Below, piece by piece: positions 43,826 to 53,181 of a stretch of 64,000 nucleotides of DNA. The position numbers were made by a program, and so were the translations under genes. The notes beneath the pieces were generated by a model. It had not been told where the DNA came from. It was given only the letters and a program-made list of their open reading frames with translations, and did no database searches. The DNA is from Streptomyces virus Wollford (lineage: Duplodnaviria; Heunggongvirae; Uroviricota; Caudoviricetes), in the IMG/VR virus record IMGVR_UViG_2974628344_000001, positions 60,329-124,328 of that record; one strand, 5' to 3'. The first letter of the stretch is position 1; each line of letters starts with the position of its first letter.

Positions 43826-44893
43826 ATGAAGTTCACCAAGATTTTCTCACATGAGCTGCTTGATGAGATGATCTCTGAGGGATACGTCCGGGTGCAAACT
43901 CATCCGGTCCTGCCTCTCAAGATTCTCAATTACAGCGAGAAGACTCAGTTCGCCGGAAAGTGGAACGAGTGCACGCTTAACTGTCGTGGCACGATCGTTG
44001 ACTTTGATGGCAATCTGATCGCTCGTCCTTTCATGAAGTTCTTCAATCTTGGTGATTCTCAGTCAGCACAACTCGACTGGGATGCGCCTGTTGAGGTGAC
44101 AGATAAGAAGGACGGATCTATGGGAGTTCTGTACTCCTATGGTGGTCAGATGGCGATTGCCACGCGTGGTTCATTCATGTCAGATCAGGCAATTCATGCG
44201 ACTCGTGTTCTTAACGAGCGCTACAGCCACATTCAGTTCGTATCAGACTACACATTCATCTTTGAGATCGTTTATCCTGAGAACAGGATTGTTCTGGACT
44301 ACGGTTCAATGGACGATCTGATTCTTCTGGGAGCGGTTCACAAGGAGTATGGCTACGTCTGTGGTCCTGTAGAGGCTCAGGCAATTGTAAATTGGGACGG
44401 GCCGGTGACGGAGGTCTTCAATTACCACTCTTTGCGTGAGGCTGCTGTAGCAGATTACCGTAAGAATGCAGAGGGTTTCGTAGTCCGTTCTGGCAACAAG
44501 ATGGTTAAGATCAAGCAGGCAGATTACGTTGAGTTGCACCGCATGATCTCCATGCTTTCTGAGCGTTCTGTATGGAGTCAGCTTTCCCAGGGAAAGACCA
44601 TTCTGGAGATTTGTGAGGCTCTGCCTGACGAGTTTCACCAGTTCGTCAAGGATGTTGGTGGAGAGTTGCTGCGGCAGTTCCGTGACACTGAGATCCTTGT
44701 GTGGGACCACTTCAATGCGTTGATTGAGAGTCTTCCTAGTGATTTCTCTCGGCGTGACTTCGCAATGAAGGCAAACGGAGTGGATCTTTACCGTTCTCAC
44801 ATGTTCAACCTGCTTGACGGGAAGAGCATCGATGAGCTAGTCTGGAAGCAGTTGAAGCCAGAGGCTAAGAAAGAGGATGGTTACCCGCAGTGA
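43826..44893 (+). CDS. ATP-dependent RNA ligase (Rnl-type nucleotidyltransferase)
   Basis: motif I K-x-D-G (VTDKKDGSM) of covalent nucleotidyltransferases; 355 aa; adjacent to Pnkp. Confidence 0.6.
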   Translation: MKFTKIFSHELLDEMISEGYVRVQTHPVLPLKILNYSEKTQFAGKWNECTLNCRGTIVDFDGNLIARPFMKFFNLGDSQSAQLDWDAPVEVTDKKDGSMGVLYSYGGQMAIATRGSFMSDQAIHATRVLNERYSHIQFVSDYTFIFEIVYPENRIVLDYGSMDDLILLGAVHKEYGYVCGPVEAQAIVNWDGPVTEVFNYHSLREAAVADYRKNAEGFVVRSGNKMVKIKQADYVELHRMISMLSERSVWSQLSQGKTILEICEALPDEFHQFVKDVGGELLRQFRDTEILVWDHFNALIESLPSDFSRRDFAMKANGVDLYRSHMFNLLDGKSIDELVWKQLKPEAKKEDGYPQ

Positions 44894-45180
44894 AAGCAAA
44901 TGAAGCGTGGCGCAAAGATCCTCGTCGTCGTGTGCTGGCAAGGCGTCTCTGTTCAAAGAGGGCTCGGCTGTACAAAATGATGATCGAGGATCTTGAGCGC
45001 GCAGAGCGTGCCCTTCGAATGATTCGAGAAACAGGCGAAGAAATTCCTAATGCCTACAATGGCTATCGGGCAATCAGCCTTTACTCTGACATTCAAGAGG
45101 CAAAGAGGAAGTACGATCACTGGAACAATCCCACAGATGCCCTGATTGGGAATCTTGCTGCATTTGGAGAGGGTGCATGA
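44890..45180 (+). CDS. hypothetical protein
   Basis: 96-aa ORF. Confidence 0.4.
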   Translation: MKANEAWRKDPRRRVLARRLCSKRARLYKMMIEDLERAERALRMIRETGEEIPNAYNGYRAISLYSDIQEAKRKYDHWNNPTDALIGNLAAFGEGA

Positions 45181-45368
45181 ATCCTAGAAAGATGGCTGCT
45201 GATGCAGTCAAGAACAAGAAGTGTGTCAAGCTTAATGCTTATGTCGGATGCGGCAAGTCTATTGATCCTGACACTGAGTTTAATGACCAAACATCAGCAC
45301 AGGAATATATGATCACCGGCCTGTGTCAGTCTTGTCAGGACAGATTCTATGGTGATCTCGATGAGTGA
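45177..45368 (+). CDS. Cys-rich small protein
   Basis: 63 aa. Confidence 0.35.
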   Translation: MNPRKMAADAVKNKKCVKLNAYVGCGKSIDPDTEFNDQTSAQEYMITGLCQSCQDRFYGDLDE

Positions 45369-45540
45369 AGCCATTAGCTTTGCAGGAGGAGTAGTGGTTG
45401 GTCTTCTAGCAGGGCTTGTCATTGGGTGTACAGCTCTTATATATGGATTCATTGATGGGTTGACAAACATCGATGGTCCGCCTAAGATGGGTATCATCCA
45501 AGACTGGAAGAATCGAAGGGCTTACAAGAAGGGTAAGTGA
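45349..45540 (+). CDS. small membrane protein
   Basis: 63 aa, one TM. Confidence 0.35.
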   Translation: MVISMSEAISFAGGVVVGLLAGLVIGCTALIYGFIDGLTNIDGPPKMGIIQDWKNRRAYKKGK

Positions 45541-46427
45541 TGCAGCTTCTCATTCTCCGGGGTATTCCCGGTTGTGGAAAGAGCACTTGGGCCCACGAGT
45601 GGCTTAAGGAAAATCCGAACGGCGTTCGTGTCAATCGAGACGACATTCGTATGCAGCTCTTTGGCCGAGAGGTCGGAGTAGATGAGCAGCTTGTTACTCG
45701 GATTGAGCATTCAATGGTTGATGGCGCGCTAGCGCAAGGTTACTCAGTCATTGTTGATGACACAAACATCCGTCACAAGTACATCAAGGAATTTGTTAAG
45801 ATCGGGCAGCGCTTTGGTGCTAATGTCTCAGTGAAGCAGTTCGATGTTTCTGTTGAAACTGCCATTGAGCGTAACAGCGCTCGTGCTGCGGCCGGTGGTC
45901 GAGATGTTCCTGAGTCTGTTATTCGTAAGATGCATCAGTCAATGAAGTCTAGTGGAGTCTTCACTGATTTCCACACGACTGTTACGGCTGTTCGTCAGTA
46001 TGAGCGTCCTGACAATGCAGAGATGGTCTACCTATTTGACATTGATGGCACGCTTGCTGAGATGAACGATCGTGATCCCTTCTACTGGAAGGGTGTTGGC
46101 AATGATGATCCGCGTCGACAAGTGATTCTTACTGCTCAGGCTCACGCCAAGGCAGGATATAAGATCATCGTCATGAGTGGACGAGATGGCTCATGTCGCA
46201 ATGAAACAATCGCTTGGCTGGACCTATACGACATTCCTTTCTCAGAATTGCACATGCGTGCTGAGGGAGACATGCGTAAGGATTCTATCGTCAAGCAAGA
46301 GCTGTTTGATCAGCACATCCGTGACATTTACGATGTTGTGGCTGTGTACGATGATCGTCAGCAAGTTGTTGACATGTGGCGTGCAATGGGCATAGACTGT
46401 TTCCAGGTAGCACCCGGAAACTTCTGA
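45537..46427 (+). CDS. pnk: bifunctional polynucleotide 5'-kinase / 3'-phosphatase (T4 Pnkp-like)
   Basis: N-terminal P-loop GIPGCGKST + RDD; C-terminal HAD phosphatase motif FDIDGTLA ... GRD. Confidence 0.8.
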   Translation: MMQLLILRGIPGCGKSTWAHEWLKENPNGVRVNRDDIRMQLFGREVGVDEQLVTRIEHSMVDGALAQGYSVIVDDTNIRHKYIKEFVKIGQRFGANVSVKQFDVSVETAIERNSARAAAGGRDVPESVIRKMHQSMKSSGVFTDFHTTVTAVRQYERPDNAEMVYLFDIDGTLAEMNDRDPFYWKGVGNDDPRRQVILTAQAHAKAGYKIIVMSGRDGSCRNETIAWLDLYDIPFSELHMRAEGDMRKDSIVKQELFDQHIRDIYDVVAVYDDRQQVVDMWRAMGIDCFQVAPGNF

Positions 46428-46460
46428 CAAAAGGGAGCTTCGGCTCCCTTTTGTTGTTTG
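46428..46460 (+). terminator. Rho-independent terminator
   Basis: aaagggagc ttcg gctcccttttgttgttt. Confidence 0.75.
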
Positions 46461-46467
46461 GAGACAT

Positions 46468-46656
46468 ATGGAAATCATAGGAATGATCGCAGTCACATTG
46501 TTTTTTGGTTGGCTGGCGCTCATGGGAATTGCAATCAATATGATTCCTGCTGAGATGAATGGATACCAAAGAATTGCTGCTCTGGCATGGACTGCCGGAT
46601 GGGTATATCTTTGGTGGATCGTAGTAGGAACTAATATACAAGTGACGGTGGGATGA
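46468..46656 (+). CDS. small membrane protein (2 TM)
   Basis: 62 aa. Confidence 0.4.
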   Translation: MEIIGMIAVTLFFGWLALMGIAINMIPAEMNGYQRIAALAWTAGWVYLWWIVVGTNIQVTVG

Positions 46657-46889
46657 TGTACGCTAATCCAGAAAAGTTTGAATTTATCACTGTATGGGAG
46701 TCTGGATTCAGAAAGTGGTCTGTTCTTGGCGTTGAAAACAATGGACAAGAGCAGATTATTAAGGGCGGATTCAGCAGCAAGATCCTGGCACAGTACTGGA
46801 TGGATGAATATCTAAACAGATACGTAAAGGAACACATGTTCCCCCACGATCTTGATGAGTTCGAGTTCGAGTACCTTGACGGCGAGTGA
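46653..46889 (+). CDS. hypothetical protein
   Basis: 78-aa ORF. Confidence 0.4.
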   Translation: MMYANPEKFEFITVWESGFRKWSVLGVENNGQEQIIKGGFSSKILAQYWMDEYLNRYVKEHMFPHDLDEFEFEYLDGE

Positions 46890-46904
46890 CGACTACGATA
46901 GAGT
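46876..46904 (+). promoter_or_regulatory. promoter TTGACG-N17-TAGAGTAGT
   Basis: consensus copy overlapping end of upstream ORF. Confidence 0.45.
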
Positions 46905-46933
46905 AGTACCAACAACAAAGACGAAGGGTCGAA

Positions 46934-47326
46934 ATGAACAAGCTGACTAATTTCGCTGTGTCATCCGTTGTCGTTGGTGGTCTTGCCTTCGGTTTGGTAG
47001 GATGCAACAACGATGCTCCTGATGATTTTCAGAAGCGGTGTGACAAGGCAAATGGTAAGGTAATGCGCGAGGACGATTTCGAGGGCGAAACTCTCGGAAT
47101 GGCTCCAGTTGCTTTTGTTGCTGGTAAGGGCGGCGGCGGAAGTCGTGGCGGATCTGGCTCAAAGAGCGGCGGTTCAAAGTCCAGCAAGGGGTCTAAGTCC
47201 AAGGGCCTTGGCATGGGGAGCGGAGAAAACAGCAAGCCGAAGCCGAAGAAGAGTAAGAAGTCCAAGAAGCATGACAATGAGTGGATCTGTGTCAAGAATG
47301 ACGAGATCCTTTTCGAAGAGGACTGA
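46934..47326 (+). CDS. lipoprotein with Gly/Ser/Lys-rich low-complexity region
   Basis: signal + LVGCNND lipobox; GGGGSRGGSGSKSGGSKSSKGSKSKG. Confidence 0.5.
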   Translation: MNKLTNFAVSSVVVGGLAFGLVGCNNDAPDDFQKRCDKANGKVMREDDFEGETLGMAPVAFVAGKGGGGSRGGSGSKSGGSKSSKGSKSKGLGMGSGENSKPKPKKSKKSKKHDNEWICVKNDEILFEED

Positions 47327-47329
47327 TAC

Positions 47330-47728
47330 ATGGGTTTGATGGACTTTTTGACCGGTGTGGGTAATCCAATGAGCGCAACTTCCCGCGCCGGTCGAAAGCT
47401 GGAAAACGAAGCACTTCGATGGGCATGTAATAGGTGCAAGCTTCACACGCCCTATTACGTACGCATGGAGATTGCTGATAGCTATAAGGCTACGTATAGT
47501 GGAACAAATCCTGATGGCTATGTGTACATGGAGTACGTCTTCACAAAGAAGACTCGGATTCACAAGATTCCGATGACTGCTCATGGCGCACGAGCCAATC
47601 AGATTTACTACTACTACAATGGTGAAATCACTTCAAAGCGTCCCAAGAATTACCTGACTAGCAAGCAGCTAAAGCAGCTTGAGGACAGGATTATGCGGGA
47701 ATGCTCTGAGGGGTTCACCTTCGATTGA
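47330..47728 (+). CDS. hypothetical protein
   Basis: 132-aa ORF. Confidence 0.45.
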   Translation: MGLMDFLTGVGNPMSATSRAGRKLENEALRWACNRCKLHTPYYVRMEIADSYKATYSGTNPDGYVYMEYVFTKKTRIHKIPMTAHGARANQIYYYYNGEITSKRPKNYLTSKQLKQLEDRIMRECSEGFTFD

Positions 47729-47747
47729 TTAAAGGCCGAAAGGCCCG

Positions 47748-47820
47748 GCGCTTGTAGGCAAATGGCAAAGCCACTGGACTTAAAATCCGGAGTATGAGAG
47801 TTCGAATCTCTCCAGGCGCA
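47748..47820 (+). tRNA. tRNA-Leu (UAA), short variable arm
   Basis: acceptor gcgcttg/caggcgc, stem ctgga/tccgg, loop cuUAAaa, T-arm gagagTTCGAATctctc. Confidence 0.65.
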
Positions 47821-47821
47821 C

Positions 47822-47986
47822 ATGGCAAGTTACAAAGAGGGCGATAAGGTGGAGTTCATCCGAGGCCCATACGATGGCAAAAGAGGAACAATCAAGTTCG
47901 TCACAGCTCACGGCAAGTTGCTTGTTGACTTGAAGGACGGCAGTGATGTATACTCAAATTCAGAGGATGTGAAGAAGGTTGGCTAA
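47822..47986 (+). CDS. KOW-like small protein
   Basis: EGDKVEFIRGPYDGKRGTIKFV. Confidence 0.45.
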   Translation: MASYKEGDKVEFIRGPYDGKRGTIKFVTAHGKLLVDLKDGSDVYSNSEDVKKVG

Positions 47987-47996
47987 GCTAGGCGAC

Positions 47997-48131
47997 ATGG
48001 TCACTGTGAAGAAGACTGCTATGCTTGCTAAGGTTATTGGCAAGTCTGAGGTCTTTGGCAAGGTGACTTACGAAGTTGAACAGCTTAACGGCAGACGAGT
48101 TACAGTAAAGCAGAACGAGATCAAGGAATGA
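47997..48131 (+). CDS. KOW-like small protein
   Basis: 44 aa. Confidence 0.3.
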   Translation: MVTVKKTAMLAKVIGKSEVFGKVTYEVEQLNGRRVTVKQNEIKE

Positions 48132-48137
48132 TCTCTA

Positions 48138-48219
48138 GCGCCTATGGTGGAATGGCAGACACACTAGACTGAGACTCTAGGCTCGAAAGGGCGTCCGGGT
48201 TCAAGTCCCGGTAGGCGTA
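48138..48219 (+). tRNA. tRNA-Leu (GAG), long variable arm
   Basis: acceptor gcgccta/taggcgt, stem ctaga/tctag, loop cuGAGac, extra arm, T-arm ccgggTTCAAGTcccgg. Confidence 0.8.
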
Positions 48220-48220
48220 C

Positions 48221-48424
48221 ATGGTATATCTAAGAGTTGGCGGTTGGGCAATGGTTGTAGAAGATCATTGGATCGGACCAGTCAACTATAAGAATAAGTA
48301 TGGCCGAGTTGTTATGATGACCAGGAAAAAGATCGTTATTGACTTTCCTGGTCATAAGCAATTTGAAGACATTCCGAGGATAAAGGTGGTTGCCTATCAG
48401 CCGCCTAATAAGGAGATAACATGA
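48221..48424 (+). CDS. KOW-like small protein
   Basis: NKYGRVVMMTRKKIVIDF. Confidence 0.4.
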   Translation: MVYLRVGGWAMVVEDHWIGPVNYKNKYGRVVMMTRKKIVIDFPGHKQFEDIPRIKVVAYQPPNKEIT

Positions 48425-48537
48425 GCTGGTGGGCAATTGTTCTGATCACTCTTGGATCACTTGGTCTCGCCTTGTTCGGACTTTTCATATGGGCAATGAT
48501 TCGTGTGGCAAAGTCTCCTGGTAACTGGTCACTATAA
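48421..48537 (+). CDS. small membrane peptide
   Basis: 38-aa ORF MSWWAIVLITLGSLGLALFGLFIWAMIRVAKSPGNWSL. Confidence 0.3.
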   Translation: MSWWAIVLITLGSLGLALFGLFIWAMIRVAKSPGNWSL

Positions 48538-48548
48538 TAAGGAGAAAT

Positions 48549-48770
48549 GTGGATAAGGAACTAAAGAAGTTCGTTGACTCTCTCAAGGATGTTGGCAGCA
48601 TGACGCTAGACGCTCTTGAGATTGCACTTCTTGCCCGTAAGGCTGATCCTGCTCAGCGTAAGGCTGCCGAAGCATATGTCTCTATGTTTGAGGAGCAGCG
48701 AGGCAAGATCAAGACTCAGGAAGACTGGAAGAGGCTTTACAACGGCGTGAAGAAGCGTCTAACTGTTTGA
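48549..48770 (+). CDS. hypothetical protein
   Basis: 73-aa ORF. Confidence 0.4.
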   Translation: MDKELKKFVDSLKDVGSMTLDALEIALLARKADPAQRKAAEAYVSMFEEQRGKIKTQEDWKRLYNGVKKRLTV

Positions 48771-48796
48771 AAAATAGGAGTGGCAACACTCCACCA

Positions 48797-48867
48797 GCCC
48801 GCTTAGTTCAATGGTAGAACGCCTGCACGACACGCAGGGAACGGGAGTTCAATTCTCTCAGCGGGTA
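48797..48867 (+). tRNA. tRNA-Val (GAC)-like (C33 in loop; anticodon uncertain)
   Basis: acceptor gcccgct/agcgggt, D gttc/gaac, stem cctgc/gcagg, loop acGACac, T-arm gggagTTCAATTctctc. Confidence 0.5.
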
Positions 48868-48890
48868 CTCCATCGACCGAAGGGTTTCAA

Positions 48891-49328
48891 ATGAATCTCA
48901 TTCGCGCCGAGCGCCTTGCGCGCGATCTCATGTGGGAGTACGATCTCTTTACCAGAGGTTGGGACTTTGGTTGGAATCGTATGGTGAAGACATACGGAAC
49001 AACTTACCACGTTCAAAAGATGATCAAGCTGTCAAAGACCTGCACTCCGAATCTAACAGAGGATCAGGTTGACAACGTAATTCGTCATGAAATTGCACAC
49101 GCTTTGGTCGGGCCGGGACATGGTCATAATGCTGTATGGCGTGCTAAGGCAATTGAGATTGGCTGCACAGGAAATACCTGTGAGAATTACAAGCCTGCTA
49201 CTCCAAAGTGGAAGGCTGTTTGTCCTGATGGGCATACTGCGGGAACGCGCTATCGCCGCCCGGCGAAGACGAGAGTCCTTGTTTGCACTGTTCATCGTAA
49301 GCAAGTAGATTGGGTAGCAAATGTCTAA
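48891..49328 (+). CDS. SprT-like zinc metalloprotease domain protein
   Basis: IRHEIAHALVGPGHGHN (HExxH + downstream His), C-terminal Cys cluster. Confidence 0.55.
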   Translation: MNLIRAERLARDLMWEYDLFTRGWDFGWNRMVKTYGTTYHVQKMIKLSKTCTPNLTEDQVDNVIRHEIAHALVGPGHGHNAVWRAKAIEIGCTGNTCENYKPATPKWKAVCPDGHTAGTRYRRPAKTRVLVCTVHRKQVDWVANV

Positions 49329-49521
49329 TGGAGAAGTAAAGGTCGCTATGATTGCTGCATCAGTGTTCATTACATTGTTCGCAGCAGTTGGAGTCAGCGT
49401 CAACTACAATGATTATCTAAAGAATCAGACTGCTCAGAAGTGTATTGCTTCTGGCAAGATCTGGGGCGAGGACGCTTGTGTTGACAACGTAGAAGATCTC
49501 AAGTATATTGATAATGACTGA
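49321..49521 (+). CDS. small membrane protein
   Basis: 66 aa, N-terminal TM. Confidence 0.4.
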   Translation: MSNGEVKVAMIAASVFITLFAAVGVSVNYNDYLKNQTAQKCIASGKIWGEDACVDNVEDLKYIDND

Positions 49522-49543
49522 ACGAGACAACGTTAGGAACTAA

Positions 49544-49789
49544 ATGCATTCTTCACGACACCCTCTGGCTGGTCAGACTGTGACTGTTAAGTCTGGTCCT
49601 TATGCCGGTCAGTCATATAAGATCGAAGACTGGTTTGACCGAGTGGTTGGAAAGTCCTGGAAGGATCTGGCTTTTCGTAATCATGGCGCTGCTACAAAGT
49701 ACGCGCAGAGCGGTCAGCCAAACAACGATGAGGTTGTTTACGGTAAAATCGGCTGGAGTGGAGAGGCTATCAACGTAGTCCATCTCTGA
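49544..49789 (+). CDS. KOW-like small protein
   Basis: AGQTVTVKSGPYAGQSYKIEDW. Confidence 0.4.
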   Translation: MHSSRHPLAGQTVTVKSGPYAGQSYKIEDWFDRVVGKSWKDLAFRNHGAATKYAQSGQPNNDEVVYGKIGWSGEAINVVHL

Positions 49790-49814
49790 TGCCAAGCCAT
49801 CTTATGATGGCCCT

Positions 49815-49891
49815 GTCCCTGTAGCAGAATCAGGCAGATGCGCCGGTCTCAAAAACCGGGTCTTATGTGGGTTCGAGTCCCACCAGGGATA
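49815..49891 (+). tRNA. tRNA-Leu (CAA)
   Basis: acceptor gtccctg/cagggat, stem ccggt/accgg, loop cuCAAaa, T-arm gtgggTTCGAGTcccac. Confidence 0.6.
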
Positions 49892-49906
49892 CTTTGAAGG
49901 AGGAAT

Positions 49907-50134
49907 ATGCTACCTGAGCTGTCAACTCCCCCAAATGGATATACGTGGGAGCTTAAGGAGTCAAATGGTGATCCACTGTTTGGCGACATGAAGGGAATGA
50001 CTTACGAAATTTATCTTCGTAAGGACAACAAGATCGTAGAACGTCGGGGAGTATTTGTCCCTGAGAATCGAATGGATGAACTTCCACAATTCATCAAAGG
50101 AATGGAAGAGAGTCTACGTCTCACTCTTAAGTGA
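49907..50134 (+). CDS. hypothetical protein
   Basis: 75-aa ORF. Confidence 0.4.
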   Translation: MLPELSTPPNGYTWELKESNGDPLFGDMKGMTYEIYLRKDNKIVERRGVFVPENRMDELPQFIKGMEESLRLTLK

Positions 50135-50140
50135 GATTTT

Positions 50141-50229
50141 GGAAGTGTGGCTGAGAGGCTTAAGGCACCAGTTTGCTAAACTGGCGAGTGAATAAAGTAG
50201 CTCCGCAGGTTCAAATCCTGTCACTTCCG
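50141..50229 (+). tRNA. tRNA-Ser (GCU), long variable arm
   Basis: acceptor ggaagtg/cacttcc, stem ccagt/actgg, loop uuGCUaa, extra arm, T-arm gcaggTTCAAATcctgt. Confidence 0.8.
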
Positions 50230-50233
50230 CTTA

Positions 50234-50264
50234 TAGAGGGAAGACTTGTTCTTCCCTCTTTTTG
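50234..50264 (+). terminator. Rho-independent terminator
   Basis: agagggaag acttgtt cttccctctttttg. Confidence 0.75.
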
Positions 50265-50424
50265 TTGCCACGATCTAGTCGATCTGCTAAGATCTTAGTA
50301 GGAGGCAAGATGTTTTACATTAACTGCTCTCACTGTGGTCCGCACTACAGCGATGATGACTACATGGAGAATGGAGTTTGTGGACCGTGCATCCTCGTGG
50401 AAATTACTGAAGAGTTGGGATTGT

Positions 50425-50634
50425 ATGAATCAAAAGACAAGGTGGATTAAGCCTGGTTCTCGCATTATGGACCTGGCTTATATGTATGACAAGAGTGGCA
50501 ATGTCCACACTGGTGAGGCTCTATTGCTAGCGCTACTCCTGCATGCCAAAGGAAAGACAAAGCGCGGTGTCAAGGAGCTTCAAGAAGTAAGCAAGATTAT
50601 GAAGGACCCGAATCTACCAAAGGACAAGAAGTGA
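50425..50634 (+). CDS. hypothetical protein
   Basis: MNQKTRWIKPGSRIMD...; internal Met of track ORF 50335. Confidence 0.35.
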   Translation: MNQKTRWIKPGSRIMDLAYMYDKSGNVHTGEALLLALLLHAKGKTKRGVKELQEVSKIMKDPNLPKDKK

Positions 50635-51014
50635 TTTACAGCGTTCTTCCCGAGAAGGTCACCTATCTTGAGTGGCATTACATTGACATGGAAGAGTTTG
50701 TCAAGAATCTGTATGGTCAGGAATGGGAAGGCGCAGCCGCTCTAGGCTTTCCTGCCCAGGACACCTACCATGACTTTGACGTCACTGGCGGTCAGGTGTA
50801 TGATGGCATCAATGACGAAGGCGAAGAGGTCAATGCTCTTTGGATGGATGAAGGTCACACCTTCGATCAAGCCAAGGCTGTGATTGAAAAGTTCAAGACT
50901 GAGGGCATGCCTCGCGAAGAGTTTGCTGACCCTGGTGCTGAACTGATGCTAAACTGGCTTTGTCATGAGGGTCACATTCCTGCGGGCAAGTACCGCATTA
51001 TCGTTTGGTGGTGA
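50631..51014 (+). CDS. hypothetical acidic protein (paralogue of 51005..51295)
   Basis: shared C-terminal ...GHIPAGKYRIIVWW versus ...EILPSGKYLVEVCW. Confidence 0.45.
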   Translation: MIYSVLPEKVTYLEWHYIDMEEFVKNLYGQEWEGAAALGFPAQDTYHDFDVTGGQVYDGINDEGEEVNALWMDEGHTFDQAKAVIEKFKTEGMPREEFADPGAELMLNWLCHEGHIPAGKYRIIVWW

Positions 51015-51295
51015 CAATGTTTAATCCGAAGCGCGAAGTGTACTACACCATTGATGCATTCGATCTGAACGAACTTGTTGAGAGCGAGTTTGGAACTGCT
51101 TGGGACTTCGTGGCCGCAGAAGAATGCAGCAATGACAGTGCTCATGTGATTCATCCTGATCTTAATGGTCTGGGTGAGGACGGAACTGAGGATGCAGAGG
51201 GAATGCAATATGCTTCTGCAAGGGACGTCATTGGTGAACTTGTGAAGCGAGAGATTCTTCCTTCTGGTAAGTATCTCGTGGAGGTTTGCTGGTAA
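51005..51295 (+). CDS. hypothetical acidic protein (paralogue)
   Basis: see 50631..51014. Confidence 0.45.
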   Translation: MVVTMFNPKREVYYTIDAFDLNELVESEFGTAWDFVAAEECSNDSAHVIHPDLNGLGEDGTEDAEGMQYASARDVIGELVKREILPSGKYLVEVCW

Positions 51296-51528
51296 TGGGT
51301 TGGGGATCAGGAACGCGCTACTTTGACTATCCTCTAGACCTCATGTTAGAGTGTGTCCCAGAAGAAAAGCGCAAGGAAGTCATTGAGAAGCTTTATCAAT
51401 TCATCAGAGATGGTGACTGGGACACAGTAAACGAGTCAGCATACTTCGACTTGCTTGTCGAATATGACATTGATAGCTATGGGGTCTATGCTGATGAATA
51501 TGAGAACGAGACAGAGGAACCTTGGTAA
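51286..51528 (+). CDS. hypothetical acidic protein
   Basis: 80-aa ORF. Confidence 0.4.
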   Translation: MLVMGWGSGTRYFDYPLDLMLECVPEEKRKEVIEKLYQFIRDGDWDTVNESAYFDLLVEYDIDSYGVYADEYENETEEPW

Positions 51529-51913
51529 GTGTAAGTGTGGTCGGAATAAGCTAACCGGCCACCTTCGTACCTACAACGGTTATGACAAGAATCTTTGTCC
51601 ACAGTGCAATGCAGAAAGAATGATTTATGAAATCACGGGTCGTACTCCTGCTAACCATCTTGATAGCAATCGGAGTGCTGGGCAATCTGACTCTGATGCT
51701 TGCACTGAATGAGGCAAAGGACTCATTCGTAAAGGAAATATCAATTGACTTACAGTGAGATGCGCATCGATATGCGCATTCGGCATATAACAACTGGCCT
51801 CAAGGCAACCATTGGAAAGATTGAAGGTGGAAAGTTCACATATGTCGATGAAAAAGGACGGACCCGCACACTCGACCGATACTATGCAGGTGAGTGGGAG
51901 CGGATCATATAAC

Positions 51914-52270
51914 ATGGACACCGGTCTTTCTAAGAAGGACCGGTCATTCCTGTCTCTCGCTATGGAACTGTCTGCTAATTCAAATATGAAGCAGAAGCAT
52001 GGCGCGGTGATTGTTAGGTCTGGTCGGGTTCTGTCTCGTGGATGGAACACTTTGAAGAACGATCCTAACAATATCAGTGATGAGCACATTGAGCGGTTCT
52101 GCTCTGTGCATGCCGAAGCAATGGCCATCGCCCGATGCAAGAAGGCCGCTGGAGCAATTATTTATATCGCTCGTAACAAGGATGGCAAGGCTGTTTTTTC
52201 AAAGCCCTGTGACGCCTGTGAGCGATCCATCCTTCTTGCTGGCATTAAGCGTGTGGTCTACACAGGTTGA
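51914..52270 (+). CDS. deoxycytidylate (dCMP)/cytidine deaminase
   Basis: zinc-binding HAEAMAI ... PCDACERSI motifs; internal Met of track ORF 51812. Confidence 0.75.
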   Translation: MDTGLSKKDRSFLSLAMELSANSNMKQKHGAVIVRSGRVLSRGWNTLKNDPNNISDEHIERFCSVHAEAMAIARCKKAAGAIIYIARNKDGKAVFSKPCDACERSILLAGIKRVVYTG

Positions 52271-52324
52271 CTCTTCGATCATCGCTGTGTTAATGTTGTA
52301 CTAACAACGAACGAAGGGAACATC

Positions 52325-53095
52325 ATGGCTAAGATCATGATCGCTGGTGACTGGCATGGCGACACTGTTCATGCTCGTAAGACTGTCCGACGTGCGGATG
52401 CTATGGGTGTTCGTAAGATCATGCAGGTTGGTGACTTTGGTTACTGGGAGCATGACGAGGATGGTGTCACTTATCTTGACGCTCTGAATGAGGAGTGTCG
52501 GAAGTATGGCATCAAGGTTTACTTTGTTGCCGGTAACCATGAGAATTGGGATCGACTCGACTGGCTTGAGAAGAACAATCCCAAGACTTACAATGGACTG
52601 ACAATTATCCGAAGTCACATTCGTTACACCGGGCGAGTTAACCGGTGGCGATTTGACGACAGATGGTTCCAGGCTGTTGGTGGTGCCGTTTCAATTGACA
52701 AGAATCGGCGTAAGCTTGGTAAGACTTGGTGGGCTCAGGAGGCTGTTCCTGAGCGAGTCGTTAAGAGTCTTGAGATTCATGGCAATCAGTCTGATATTCT
52801 TCTGACTCACGACTGCCCAACTCATGCACCATTCGGTTTCCGGTTGAAGGACGATCCTGATTCAACAGCTCATCGTCAGCTTATGGACAGGGTTGGCCGT
52901 GTGGTCCGTCCTACATTGTGGTTTCACGGTCACTATCACACGTGGATGGAGAATTATCCATTTGCTCATCAGCTTGGAGAGGCCAGCGTTTACGGCCTTG
53001 AGATGAACGGGATGTTCTACAACTACTGTGTTCTTGACACGGACAACCTCTCTGTTCAGACTGCAACTGGAAAGATCAACCATCTGCTTGCTTGA
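52325..53095 (+). CDS. calcineurin-like metallophosphoesterase
   Basis: GDWHGD, GDFGYW, GNHEN, HGHYH motif series. Confidence 0.7.
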   Translation: MAKIMIAGDWHGDTVHARKTVRRADAMGVRKIMQVGDFGYWEHDEDGVTYLDALNEECRKYGIKVYFVAGNHENWDRLDWLEKNNPKTYNGLTIIRSHIRYTGRVNRWRFDDRWFQAVGGAVSIDKNRRKLGKTWWAQEAVPERVVKSLEIHGNQSDILLTHDCPTHAPFGFRLKDDPDSTAHRQLMDRVGRVVRPTLWFHGHYHTWMENYPFAHQLGEASVYGLEMNGMFYNYCVLDTDNLSVQTATGKINHLLA

Positions 53096-53181
53096 TCCGC
53101 CTCATAAACAAGTCTGTGCTATTCTTTTAGAGAATTCTTCAAGAATGCGCAGACTTGGAGAGAAGGAGGTGAAAGTAAGAA

